NCBI GenBank assembly: GCA_043819795.1
Contig: JBDREN010000180.1
Coordinates: 1-25,804 of the forward strand
Direction: 5' to 3'
DNA length: 25,804 bases
Origin: Elusimicrobiota bacterium
GTDB taxonomy: Bacteria > Elusimicrobiota > Elusimicrobia > UBA1565
A model generated the notes under the pieces. It had not been told where the DNA came from and searched no databases. It saw only the letters and a program-made list of their open reading frames with translations. This document shows, one piece after another, positions 17,703 to 25,804 of the stretch; the stretch's first letter is position 1, and every line of letters begins with the position of its first letter. Made by a program: the position numbers and the translations under genes.

Positions 17703-18572
17703 ATGAGCTCAAGCGAAGCCCGGAACATGCGCAAGCTCAAAACGATCCTCGTGGTCTTGGCGCTCGCCGTTCCCGGGCCCGTCCTCGCCGCGGCCGAGCC
17801 GGCCGGGCTCGCGGGCAAGGTCGCGATCGTGACGGGCTCCAGCAGCGGGATCGGAAGGGCGCTCGCCTACCGGGCGGCGAAGAGCGGCATGAAGCTCGTC
17901 CTGGCGGACATCGACCTGCCGGGCTCGCAGCGCGTGGCTGAAGATGTGAGAAAGGGCGGAGGGGAGGCCATCGCCCTTCGCGCGGATGTGTCGGTGGAGA
18001 AGGACCGCGAAGCGCTGGTGCGCGCGGCGGTGGAGGCTTTCGGCGGGGTCCATGTCCTGTTCAACAACGCCGGGTACGGGTATATGGCCTCGCAGGAGAA
18101 CATCGCCATGAAGGGCGCGAGGCATCAGTTCGACGTGAATTTCTTCGCGTACGTGGATCTCGCCCAGCGCGTCATCCCGCACATGAAGAGGGCGAAGGGG
18201 GGAACCATCGTCAACGTCGCTTCCGTGCTCGGGCTGACGCCAGGCTCCCCTTTCACCAGCATGTATACGGCCTCGAAGCACGCGGTCGTCGGCTGGGGGC
18301 GGACGATCGCCCAGGAGTTGGAAGATGACGGGATCGCCGTCAAGGTCGTCTGTCCCGCCGGGGTGAAGACGAACTTCCATCGCAACATGAAGGGGAAGGA
18401 CGCCGAGAGCGTCGCGGAGCTGATGCGGGCCGGGTGGAAGTCGATGGCGGAGCCGGAGGACGTGGCCGAGCAGATATTCTCCGGCATGGCGCGGCCCGGC
18501 GTGCTGATATTGCCGCGCGGGGTGGAAGACTACTTGCCCGCAAAGACGCTGGAGGCCCTGGCCGGGGAGTGA
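17703..18572 (+). CDS. Short-chain dehydrogenase/reductase (SDR) with N-terminal signal-like extension
   Basis: TGSSSGIG, NNAG, NVAS and YTASK motifs; AGGAGG RBS; alternative start 17727. Confidence 0.95.
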   Translation: MSSSEARNMRKLKTILVVLALAVPGPVLAAAEPAGLAGKVAIVTGSSSGIGRALAYRAAKSGMKLVLADIDLPGSQRVAEDVRKGGGEAIALRADVSVEKDREALVRAAVEAFGGVHVLFNNAGYGYMASQENIAMKGARHQFDVNFFAYVDLAQRVIPHMKRAKGGTIVNVASVLGLTPGSPFTSMYTASKHAVVGWGRTIAQELEDDGIAVKVVCPAGVKTNFHRNMKGKDAESVAELMRAGWKSMAEPEDVAEQIFSGMARPGVLILPRGVEDYLPAKTLEALAGE

Positions 18573-18578
18573 GTATTC

Positions 18579-18608
18579 GCGCCCAGCCCCCCCGGGGGGG
18601 CTGGGCGC
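18579..18608. terminator. Perfect 30-bp GC palindrome after the SDR; putative terminator/REP
   Basis: GCGCCCAGCCCCCCC|GGGGGGGCTGGGCGC, flanked by AGTAT..ATACT, between convergent genes; no U-tract. Confidence 0.5.
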
Positions 18609-18659
18609 ATACTTCCTCAGAGATTCTTGCGACGGCCCTCCTCATGACTCGAAGGTGTA

Positions 18660-18686
18660 AGCGCCGCAAAGCGAGTTTGCGGCGCT
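18660..18686. terminator. Hairpin between convergent genes; putative terminator
   Basis: AGCGCCGCAAA-GCGAG-TTTGCGGCGCT, 11-bp stem immediately after the stop of the minus-strand gene. Confidence 0.5.
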
Positions 18687-18689
18687 GAC

Positions 18690-19706
18690 TTACCAGGAAA
18701 GCGGGACCAGGGCGTAGTCGCGATTGAGCAGGGTGTCCCGGTCCCCGCTGACGAACTCCTTGTGCTGGAGGGTGCGCGCCGCCTGACGCGCGAGATCCAT
18801 CCGGCGATCCTGGGAGAGCTTCCGGTACGACGGGTCGCTGTCCTCGATGTACTTCGGCTCGTACCCCGGGTGGCGGATTTTGAGATCGAAGCCGTGGTCG
18901 CGGACCGGCAGGTGCGCCCGGTAGCCCCCGTTGGGGCCCGTCTCGGTCCGGAAGGGCTCCCCGCTCTTGAGGTCCGTGAAGACGACGTCGGCTCCGGACA
19001 CGGGCGCGAGCGTCAACAGGTCGAACACCGTCCCGCGGATCCGCCACTCGTCGTCCTCGGCCTCCAGGCCGCCGGAAGAGGGATCCGGGTGATGGACGCG
19101 CCCCAGGATGATCGGCTCTTCCGGGACGGGAACGTTCCGCGGCGGCTTTCCTTCGGCCGGCTTCCTCGCCTTTATCCGCCGGGCGTCCTTCGCGGAGGCC
19201 TTTTCCGGGGCGGGCTTCTTCGGGGTCAGGGCCGCTAGAGTCGTCGCTCTGATGGCGTCAAGCGTCGGCTCGGGCGCGGCCGCAAGGTCGCGAGCGAGCG
19301 TCACATCGGCCATCTCCGAAGAGGCCTCCGGGTGCGGCGGGGGCGGCGTGCGCAGATAGCGGACCAGCGGGCTTGCGGCGAGGACGGCGACGCAGGCTCC
19401 CGCCGCTACAAGGTAGGGCCAGGGGCTCGGCTTCTTCTTGGTCGGAAAGGAGATGGGCTCTCCGGATGATGCCGACATGAAGCGGGCCGGCGGCGCCTCG
19501 GCCGGCCGACGCGGCTTCGGCGTGGGAGCCGGCCGCGCCTTCGCTCCGGGCTCGGGCCGCGGTTTTGGCTTCTCCGGCTTGTCGGATGGGGGAGAGGGGC
19601 GGGGGCGCTTGCGGACGACCGGGACGCTGAAGTCGCAGCCGCAGAAGGGACAGACCTCGTCGGCCTCGGCGATTTCCTTGGCGCATCCGGAGCAGCGGGT
19701 GAGCAT
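18690..19706 (-). CDS. Zinc-ribbon/TM/carboxypeptidase-regulatory-like domain hypothetical protein
   Basis: CSGC-x10-CPFCG zinc ribbon, Pro-rich linker, one TM (WPYLVAAGACVAVLAA), C-terminal IRGTVFD..PVSGADV..TGPNGGY..IRHPGYEP beta-sandwich; ORF track start is 19745. Confidence 0.75.
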   Translation of the reverse strand: MLTRCSGCAKEIAEADEVCPFCGCDFSVPVVRKRPRPSPPSDKPEKPKPRPEPGAKARPAPTPKPRRPAEAPPARFMSASSGEPISFPTKKKPSPWPYLVAAGACVAVLAASPLVRYLRTPPPPHPEASSEMADVTLARDLAAAPEPTLDAIRATTLAALTPKKPAPEKASAKDARRIKARKPAEGKPPRNVPVPEEPIILGRVHHPDPSSGGLEAEDDEWRIRGTVFDLLTLAPVSGADVVFTDLKSGEPFRTETGPNGGYRAHLPVRDHGFDLKIRHPGYEPKYIEDSDPSYRKLSQDRRMDLARQAARTLQHKEFVSGDRDTLLNRDYALVPLSW

Positions 19707-19839
19707 GTCAATATATTTTCTAGCAGGGGTTTCGGACGATTGCAAGAGCCCTTTGGCACGGACGGCCGGAGATTCGCGCCCGGAAACGCCGACCTCGCGG
19801 GACCTCGCGGCCCCCTCATGGGCCGCGCCTGCGTACTTC

Positions 19840-19868
19840 TTGACAGGTTCCGGGGCGCATGTTACACT
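19840..19868 (+). promoter_or_regulatory. Sigma70 promoter
   Basis: TTGACA-N17-TACACT with extended TGn, about 20 nt upstream of the GGAGG RBS and ATG 19890. Confidence 0.7.
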
Positions 19869-19889
19869 CCACCGAGGGAAGGAGGGAAC

Positions 19890-20588
19890 ATGGATAGATC
19901 ATGCTGTTGCGCCATATTTCTCGCCGGCTGCCTAGTCCTGGCGCCGGCGGTCGTGAACGCGCAGGACGAGGACCCCGCGCCCGGCGCCGAGAAGGAATCC
20001 AAGCCGCCGGAGATACTGACTGAAAAGTTCCTCGAAAGGCTCGATAAGCGGCTTAAGCTGACCGACAAGCAGCGCGAGAAGATCGAGGGCATCCTCGAGG
20101 GTTCGCGGCCCGGCCTGAAGAAGAAGTGGGATCAGGTCCAGAAGCTGCGCAAGGAGATGAAGGACCTTCAGAAGGGGCTCCAGGAGACCATGCGCAAGAC
20201 GAGCGAGAAGATCCGCTCGGAGCTTGACTACGGGCAGCAGGACAGATACGACATGATGCGCATGCGAATGCGCAGGCGCATGGAGCAGCGCGGGACGCCC
20301 CGCGGGATGCAGCCCCCGGGCCCACCGGGGATGGACGGGCGCGGACAGGAGGACTTCCCGCCGGAGCCGGGCTCGCCCATGGGGGGGCCCGAGATGTGGC
20401 ACGGCGGCCCGCCGGGAGGCAGGGGGGGGCTGCCGCCCGAGATCCAGGAACGCATCCGCGAGCGCCGGCAGCGGCGCATGAAGATGGGGCCCGGCTCTCA
20501 GAGAGACGTCCCGCCCGTCGACCAGCGGAACGACAGGCGCCGCCATCCCGCGTTTGACCCCGACGAAGCCCCTCCTGAAGGGGAGTAG
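19890..20588 (+). CDS. Periplasmic Spy/CpxP-like (LTxxQ) helical protein with G/P/M-rich tail
   Basis: Signal peptide ending VNA-Q, LKLTDKQREKI motif, coiled coil, low-complexity C-terminus; AAGGAGG RBS. Confidence 0.7.
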   Translation: MDRSCCCAIFLAGCLVLAPAVVNAQDEDPAPGAEKESKPPEILTEKFLERLDKRLKLTDKQREKIEGILEGSRPGLKKKWDQVQKLRKEMKDLQKGLQETMRKTSEKIRSELDYGQQDRYDMMRMRMRRRMEQRGTPRGMQPPGPPGMDGRGQEDFPPEPGSPMGGPEMWHGGPPGGRGGLPPEIQERIRERRQRRMKMGPGSQRDVPPVDQRNDRRRHPAFDPDEAPPEGE

Positions 20589-20631
20589 GCGCGAACGGCG
20601 GGGACCAAGGTCCTCTCTCGAAAGACAATAA

Positions 20632-20662
20632 GGAAGGCCTCCCGAAGCTTGGGAGGCCTTCC
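20632..20662. terminator. Hairpin, putative bidirectional terminator
   Basis: GGAAGGCCTCCC-GAAGCTT-GGGAGGCCTTCC between convergent genes; followed by TTATT on the minus strand. Confidence 0.65.
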
Positions 20663-20690
20663 CTCTATGAGTGTGTCGCCGCCGCCGGGA

Positions 20691-22682
20691 TTACATCAAT
20701 GCCGGCAGGAACACCAGCGAGACGATGGTCATCAGCTTGATGAGGATGTTCATCGCAGGCCCCGAGGTGTCCTTGAACGGATCGCCGACCGTGTCGCCCA
20801 CGACGGCCGCCTTGTGGGTGTCGGAGCCCTTCCCGCCGAAATGCCCCGCCTCGATGTACTTCTTGGCGTTGTCCCATATCGCTCCCGCGTTGGCCATCAT
20901 GAGTCCGAGGACCACGCCGCAGGCCGTGGCGCCCGCCAGGAAGCCTCCCAGGGCGTTAAGGCCCAGGACCTTTCCCACGATGAGCGGCGCCAGCACCGCC
21001 GAGATGCCCGGCAGGATCATCTCCGTGAGCGCGCCCTTGGTCACGATGTCGATGCATTGGCCGGTGTCCGGCTTGGCCTTGCCCTCGAGAAGCCCCGGGA
21101 TCTCCTTGAACTGCCTCCGGATCTCGTGGACCATTTTGTTGGCCGCGCGGCCCACGGCCTTCATGGTCATGGCCGCGATGGCGCAGGGCATCATGACGCC
21201 CAGGAACAGCCCCATCACGACCTTCACATCCGTGAGCTGGATGAGCAGCACCTGGCCGTTCGCCGCCGCCGTCTTCTGGAAGGCGCTGAACAGCGCCAGC
21301 GCCGTCAGCGCGGCCGAGCCGATCGCGAAGCCCTTACCCACGGCGGCCGTCGAGTTGCCGAGAGCGTCCAGCTTGTCGGTGATCTTGCGGATGTCGGCGC
21401 CCGCGCCCGACATCTCGGCCAGGCCGCCGGCGTTGTCGGCGATCGGGCCGTAGGAGTCGGTCGCCATCACGATGCCGATGGTGGCCAGCATCCCTAAGGC
21501 CGCCAGGGCGATGCCGTAGAGCCCGCCGAACTTGAAGGCGACCCCGATGCCGATCACGATCGTGATGATCGGCAGGATGACGCTCTCGAAGCCGAAGGCG
21601 ATGCCCGAGATGATGCCCGTGGCCGAGCCCGACTGCGCGGTATCGGCCTGCTTCTTGATGGGCGGCCCCGAGGTGTAGTAGTTGGTCTCCTCCCCGATGA
21701 GGATGCCCACCACGAGTCCTCCAACCACGCAGTAGAAGTAGCCGAACGTGCCGAACATCGCGCGGATGATGAAGAACGCGGCCGCGGCGAAGACGATGCC
21801 CGCCACGTAGGTCGCGCCGTGCAGGGCCTTGTCCGGCTCCAGCGAGCGCAAAAAGCGCATGGACAGTATCCCCAACAGCGAACTGATCAGGCCGATGGCC
21901 GCCAGGTAGAGGGGCAGCAGCATGCCCGTGACGGACATTTCCTTCCCCAAGGAAGGATCGAAACGCCAGGTGTAGGCCAAGGCGAGGCAGGCGATGATCG
22001 AGCCCACGTAGGACTCGAAGAGGTCGGCGCCCATGCCGGCGGTGTCGCCCACGTTGTCTCCCACGTTGTCGGCGATCACTCCCGGGTTGCGGGGATCGTC
22101 CTCCGGGATGTTGGCCTCGGTCTTGCCCACGATATCCGCTCCTACGTCCGCGGCTTTCGTGTAGATGCCCCCGCCGATGCGGGCGAAGAGCGCGATCGAC
22201 GAGGCCCCCATGGCGAACCCGTTGATGATTTCCGGCTCGCCCCAAAGCAAGTAGATTCCGCTCACCCCGATAACGCCGAAGGCCGAGACCGTGATCCCCA
22301 TGACCGAACCGCCCTTGAAGGCGACGTCGAGGGCCAGGGGAGCGCCGCCCGTCTTGGCCCCTTCCAGCGTGCGGCTGGAGGATTTCGTGGCGGCCATCAT
22401 GCCGAACCAACCCGCGCCCAGCGAGAACGCGGCGCCGAGCAGGTACGCGAACGACGTGTCGCGGCCGACGAGCGTCCAGAGCGCGGCGAACACGATGACG
22501 ATGAACACCGCGATGATGCTGTATTCGCGCTTCAGGAAGACGAACGCTCCCCGTTGCACCTCATCGGCGATCTCCCGGGCGTTCTGTGGTCCGGCCGGGA
22601 GGCTCTTCACGTAGAAATACGTCCAGATGGCCGCGATGAATCCCAGAAATCCCACCGCGGGCACGTAGTAGACTAGTTCCAT
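20691..22682 (-). CDS. hppA: Membrane-bound K+-dependent (probably Na+-translocating) pyrophosphatase
   Basis: GGGIYTKAADVGAD, EDDPRNP, DNVGDNVGD, GNSTAA (Ala at the K+-dependence position) and GDTVGDPFKDTSGP motifs. Confidence 0.97.
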   Translation of the reverse strand: MELVYYVPAVGFLGFIAAIWTYFYVKSLPAGPQNAREIADEVQRGAFVFLKREYSIIAVFIVIVFAALWTLVGRDTSFAYLLGAAFSLGAGWFGMMAATKSSSRTLEGAKTGGAPLALDVAFKGGSVMGITVSAFGVIGVSGIYLLWGEPEIINGFAMGASSIALFARIGGGIYTKAADVGADIVGKTEANIPEDDPRNPGVIADNVGDNVGDTAGMGADLFESYVGSIIACLALAYTWRFDPSLGKEMSVTGMLLPLYLAAIGLISSLLGILSMRFLRSLEPDKALHGATYVAGIVFAAAAFFIIRAMFGTFGYFYCVVGGLVVGILIGEETNYYTSGPPIKKQADTAQSGSATGIISGIAFGFESVILPIITIVIGIGVAFKFGGLYGIALAALGMLATIGIVMATDSYGPIADNAGGLAEMSGAGADIRKITDKLDALGNSTAAVGKGFAIGSAALTALALFSAFQKTAAANGQVLLIQLTDVKVVMGLFLGVMMPCAIAAMTMKAVGRAANKMVHEIRRQFKEIPGLLEGKAKPDTGQCIDIVTKGALTEMILPGISAVLAPLIVGKVLGLNALGGFLAGATACGVVLGLMMANAGAIWDNAKKYIEAGHFGGKGSDTHKAAVVGDTVGDPFKDTSGPAMNILIKLMTIVSLVFLPALM

Positions 22683-22713
22683 TCTTGGTGACCTCTTCGC
22701 TGTTTGTCTTGAC

Positions 22714-23397
22714 TCAGAACTTCTCGGCCGGGTTCACGTGCACCCCGGGCCCCATCGTCGACGAAAGCGAGACGCTGCACACGTAGTTCCCCTTCGCCGC
22801 CGACGGCTTCATGCGCAGGAGCGCCTGGAGCACGGCCTTGGCGTTGTCCACGATCTGCTCGGCGCCGAAGGACTTCTTGCCGATGCCGAGATGGATGATG
22901 CCGAAGTCGTCGTTCTTGAACTCGACGCGGCCGGCCTTGAGCTCCTTGACGGCCGAGGCGAGGTCGAAGGTGACGGTGCCGCTCTTCGGGTTCGGCATCA
23001 GGCCCCGCGGGCCGAGAATCTTTCCCAGCCTCGCGATATCCCTCATGACGTCCGGGGTCGCCACGAGCACGTCGAAGTCGAAGGTCCCCTTCTGGATCGT
23101 CTCGACGAGCTCCGCGTGGCCGACCAGGTCGGCCCCGGCGTCCTGGGCCTCCTTGGCCTTCTCGCCCTTGGCGATCACGGCCACGCGGCGGCTCTTCCCG
23201 GTGCCGTGCGGGAGAGCGACCGTGCCGCGGATCTGCTGGTCCGAGTGGCGCGGGTCGATCCCCAGGCGTACGTGCAGCTCGACCGACTCGTCGAACTTGG
23301 CCGTGGCGGTCTTCTTGACCAGCTCGGCCGCCTCCGCCAGAGAGTAGAGCTTGCCTTTGTCCACGTCCTTGACGGCGGCTTCGTGTCTCTTTCCCAT
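22714..23397 (-). CDS. rplA: 50S ribosomal protein L1
   Basis: [41 protein letters not shown] and STMGPG motifs. Confidence 0.99.
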   Translation of the reverse strand: MGKRHEAAVKDVDKGKLYSLAEAAELVKKTATAKFDESVELHVRLGIDPRHSDQQIRGTVALPHGTGKSRRVAVIAKGEKAKEAQDAGADLVGHAELVETIQKGTFDFDVLVATPDVMRDIARLGKILGPRGLMPNPKSGTVTFDLASAVKELKAGRVEFKNDDFGIIHLGIGKKSFGAEQIVDNAKAVLQALLRMKPSAAKGNYVCSVSLSSTMGPGVHVNPAEKF

Positions 23398-23468
23398 CGT
23401 TATCCTCCGTGACCTGTTGGCGCACCCGTGGGCCCGGAGGGCCGGGTGGTGCTCGGTCGTCTTGACGG

Positions 23469-23897
23469 TCAGTCCTTGACCTCGATGCCCATCGAGCGGG
23501 CGGTCCCCTTCACGATGCTGAGGGCCTGCTCGATGTCGTCGGTGTTGAGGTCGGGCATCTTCGTGCGCGCGACCTCTTCGGCCTGCTGGCGCGTGATCTC
23601 GCCGACCTTGGTCTTGTTCGGCTCGCCGGAGGCCTTGGCCAGCCCGGCCGCCTTCTTCAAAAGGGCCGACATTGGGGGCATCTTCGTGATGAATGTGAAA
23701 GAACGGTCCTCGTAGACCGTGATCACCGCCGGGATCGTCATCCCGGCCTCCATCTTCCTAGTGCGGTCGTTGAACTGCCTACAGAAATCCATGATGTTCA
23801 CGCCGTGCTGGCCGAGCGCGGGGCCCACCGGCGGCGCCGGATTGGCCGCTCCCGCGGGGATCTGCAGCTTGATCTGCGTCTTTACCTTCTTCGCCAT
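23469..23897 (-). CDS. rplK: 50S ribosomal protein L11
   Basis: [30 protein letters not shown] and GTARSMG motifs. Confidence 0.99.
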   Translation of the reverse strand: MAKKVKTQIKLQIPAGAANPAPPVGPALGQHGVNIMDFCRQFNDRTRKMEAGMTIPAVITVYEDRSFTFITKMPPMSALLKKAAGLAKASGEPNKTKVGEITRQQAEEVARTKMPDLNTDDIEQALSIVKGTARSMGIEVKD

Positions 23898-23970
23898 GAC
23901 TTCCTCCGTGACCTGCTAGCGCCCCGGCCGGCGGCGTCCGCCGCGCGGTCCGGCGACTCGGTCGTCTCTT

Positions 23971-24327
23971 CTACGTCAGCGCCCCGCGCCGGAACCACTT
24001 GAGGGCCAGCTCGGCCAGGGCGAGCAGCAGCAAAATCTTCCAGAACGGGACCGTATCGGCGCCGAATACCCAGAGCGTGAACTCCGGCGAGAATACCAGG
24101 GGCCACAGCAGCGTGACCGCGGCCGACACCAAGATCAGCCTCCCGAAAAGGAGGAGCAGACCCATCATCCCCAGCGCGGCCAGAGTCGTGCCGCCGGCGA
24201 ACAGGGCCCCCCAGAAGGATCCGCCGCGCACGGCGTAGGCGCGCACGCGCGTGCCGCCGGCGCAGGGTCCGTCTCCGGGCTTTCGCCGGAACGGAGGGGA
24301 CTCGACCAGCTCCGCTTCGACCGCCAT
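23971..24327 (-). CDS. Small hypothetical membrane protein between nusG and rplK
   Basis: 118-aa ORF starting 2 nt after the nusG stop, with 2-3 hydrophobic segments; fills the nusG-rplK gap. Confidence 0.65.
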   Translation of the reverse strand: MAVEAELVESPPFRRKPGDGPCAGGTRVRAYAVRGGSFWGALFAGGTTLAALGMMGLLLLFGRLILVSAAVTLLWPLVFSPEFTLWVFGADTVPFWKILLLLALAELALKWFRRGALT

Positions 24328-24329
24328 CG

Positions 24330-24860
24330 TCAGAGCTTCTCCACCTGCAGGAAGTCCAGCTCGACCGGGGTCGGGCGCCCGAAGATGGTGACCATGGCCT
24401 TGAGCTTGGCCTTCGGCTCGTTGACGTCCTCGACGATCCCGATGAAGTGCCGGAACGGGCCCTCGGTGATGCGGACGTTCTCGCCCTTCTCGAACTGGAC
24501 GGCCGGCTTCGGCTTGCCGGTCGCCGACTCGGTCGTGAGGTCGAGGATCTGCTGGATCTCGGACTCCGGGAGCGGCCGGGGGCGAGGCTCGCCGAGGAAG
24601 CCGGTCGCGCCGCTGATGTTCTTGACGGCCCAGTAGGTCTCGTTGTCGACGATCATGTCGATCAGGATGTAGCCGGGGAAGAACTTGCGCTTTTTGACCT
24701 GCTTCTTGTTCTTCTTGACCTCGACGACGGCCTCGGTCGGGATCAGGACCTGGAAGACCTTTCCCGCGAGGTTTTCGATCTTCACCTTCTGCTCCAGGTG
24801 CGTGCGGACCCGGTCCTCCCAGCCCGACTGCGTGTGAACGACGTACCAGCCTCGCTCCAT
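24330..24860 (-). CDS. nusG: Transcription termination/antitermination protein NusG
   Basis: WYVVHTQSG, FFPGYILI and KOW region GENVRITEGPF..IFGRPTPVELDF. Confidence 0.99.
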   Translation of the reverse strand: MERGWYVVHTQSGWEDRVRTHLEQKVKIENLAGKVFQVLIPTEAVVEVKKNKKQVKKRKFFPGYILIDMIVDNETYWAVKNISGATGFLGEPRPRPLPESEIQQILDLTTESATGKPKPAVQFEKGENVRITEGPFRHFIGIVEDVNEPKAKLKAMVTIFGRPTPVELDFLQVEKL

Positions 24861-24875
24861 CTTTAATCTCCCAAA

Positions 24876-25067
24876 CTAGCGGCCCAAAAGCGCGCCCATC
24901 ACGATGGACAGGACGAAGTCGACCCCGCTGATGTAGACGGCCACGAACGCCACCATGACGAGGACGACGACCGTCGATCCCACCGCCTGCTGGCGGGAAA
25001 GCCAGGACGACTTCTTGAGCTCGATATATGCTTCTTTCACGAATTTCTTCGGATTCGGTACTGCCAT
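24876..25067 (-). CDS. secE: Preprotein translocase subunit SecE
   Basis: FVKEAYIELKKSSW..STVVVLV..VDF motif with a single TM; lies between tRNA-Trp and nusG; alternative start 25073. Confidence 0.93.
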   Translation of the reverse strand: MAVPNPKKFVKEAYIELKKSSWLSRQQAVGSTVVVLVMVAFVAVYISGVDFVLSIVMGALLGR

Positions 25068-25112
25068 GATCATTCCACCTGTCGGGCCGCTTCGGGCCGT
25101 TCTAGAACGGTG

Positions 25113-25184
25113 CGGGGGCGCCAGGATTCGAACCTGGAGTCCCGGTTTTGGAGACCGGTGGTTTAGCCATTAACCGACGCCCCC
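25113..25184 (-). tRNA. tRNA-Trp (CCA); 3' CCA not encoded
   Basis: Cloverleaf: GGGGGCG/CGCCCCC acceptor stem, GGTT/AACC D-stem, CCGGT-CTCCAAA-ACCGG anticodon arm, CCAGG-TTCGAAT-CCTGG T-arm; canonical position upstream of secE. Confidence 0.97.
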
Positions 25185-25494
25185 CTCTGTCGCATCCTTC
25201 GCCTTCGGCTCAGGACTGAGGCCTCGCTCCGAGAGGAAGAGCTCTCCGCTCGGTGCTCCCCCTAGGGGCTTGCGCCCCCTCGGGCCCGCAAGACCCTTCG
25301 GGCCTCGCGGGTCACCCCCACTAAGGTGCGCCGGCCATGCGGCGCACTAATATGTCGCACCCCTTCGCGAGGTCGCCGAGCCATGTCGGCGGTCCTATCT
25401 GTCGCCCCCTCGCTCCAAGGGGAATACTCAAAGAACTCCGGCCTGGCCCGAAAGACCCGCGGGGTCTTTCGGGCCGCCCCAAAGCGGCCGGCGG

Positions 25495-25650
25495 CTACTT
25501 CGTTTCCTTGTGTTCGGTTTGCTTGGCGCAGGCCGGGCAGAACTTGCGGATCTTCAGCTTGAACTGCTTTTTCTTGCCGTGCGCGAAGAAATAGTTCTTG
25601 TTCTTGCAGGCGGTGCAAGAAAGCGTCGTGACGTGCCGCTCGGACCCCAC
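25495..25650 (-). CDS. rpmG: 50S ribosomal protein L33 (zinc-binding C+ form)
   Basis: Manual translation from GTG 25650 gives MGSERHVTTLSCTACKNKNYFFAHGKKKQFKLKIRKFCPACAKQTEHKETK; absent from the ORF track; lies between tuf and tRNA-Trp. Confidence 0.95.
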   Translation of the reverse strand: MGSERHVTTLSCTACKNKNYFFAHGKKKQFKLKIRKFCPACAKQTEHKETK

Positions 25651-25654
25651 CGGA

Positions 25655-25804
25655 TCACTCCAGGATTTCCGAGACGACGCCGGCGCCCACCGTGTGGCCG
25701 CCCTCGCGGATCGCGAACCGCAGCCCCTTCTCCATCGCGATCGGCGTGATCAGCTCCACCTCGAACTCGGTGTTGTCTCCCGGCATCACCATCTCCGTGC
25801 CTTC
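25655..25804 (-). CDS. tuf: Elongation factor Tu (3' end only)
   Basis: Manual translation gives [49 protein letters not shown]. Confidence 0.98.
   Translation of the reverse strand, partial: EGTEMVMPGDNTEFEVELITPIAMEKGLRFAIREGGHTVGAGVVSEILE

Noticed and set aside
5394..18690. Mobile genomic island or prophage
   Set aside because: No integrase, transposase, att-like direct repeats or obvious compositional shift in the coding regions
25262..25618. 118-aa minus-strand ORF
   Set aside because: Overlaps rpmG in another frame and runs through a palindromic spacer

Overview
GC-rich bacterial chromosomal window. The gene order and the L33/SecE style suggest Elusimicrobiota, but this is an impression and cannot be verified here. 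The left end is housekeeping (3' part of secA, lnt, a frameshift-free prfB). The right end, on the minus strand, is the tuf-rpmG-tRNA-Trp-secE-nusG-rplK-rplA cluster, which runs into a membrane pyrophosphatase gene (hppA) instead of rplJ/rplL. Between them lies a co-directional accessory cluster of about 13 kb (5789-18572). It encodes, in order: a Hyg5/XanB2-like chorismatase coupled to a type I-beta DAHP synthase; a Cys-containing Crp/Fnr regulator; a 1232-aa exported multiheme beta-propeller protein with a hydrazine synthase alpha (HzsA)-like middle domain; a 1012-aa YVTN beta-propeller/di-heme cytochrome c peroxidase-like fusion (the architecture of fused HzsB-HzsC); two exported FGE-sulfatase-fold proteins; and an SDR with an apparent signal peptide. 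This hydrazine-synthase-like alpha + beta/gamma operon, outside any anammox context and rich in non-canonical heme motifs, is the main candidate novel system. Several REP/MITE-like palindromic elements and a structured intergenic region are also present.
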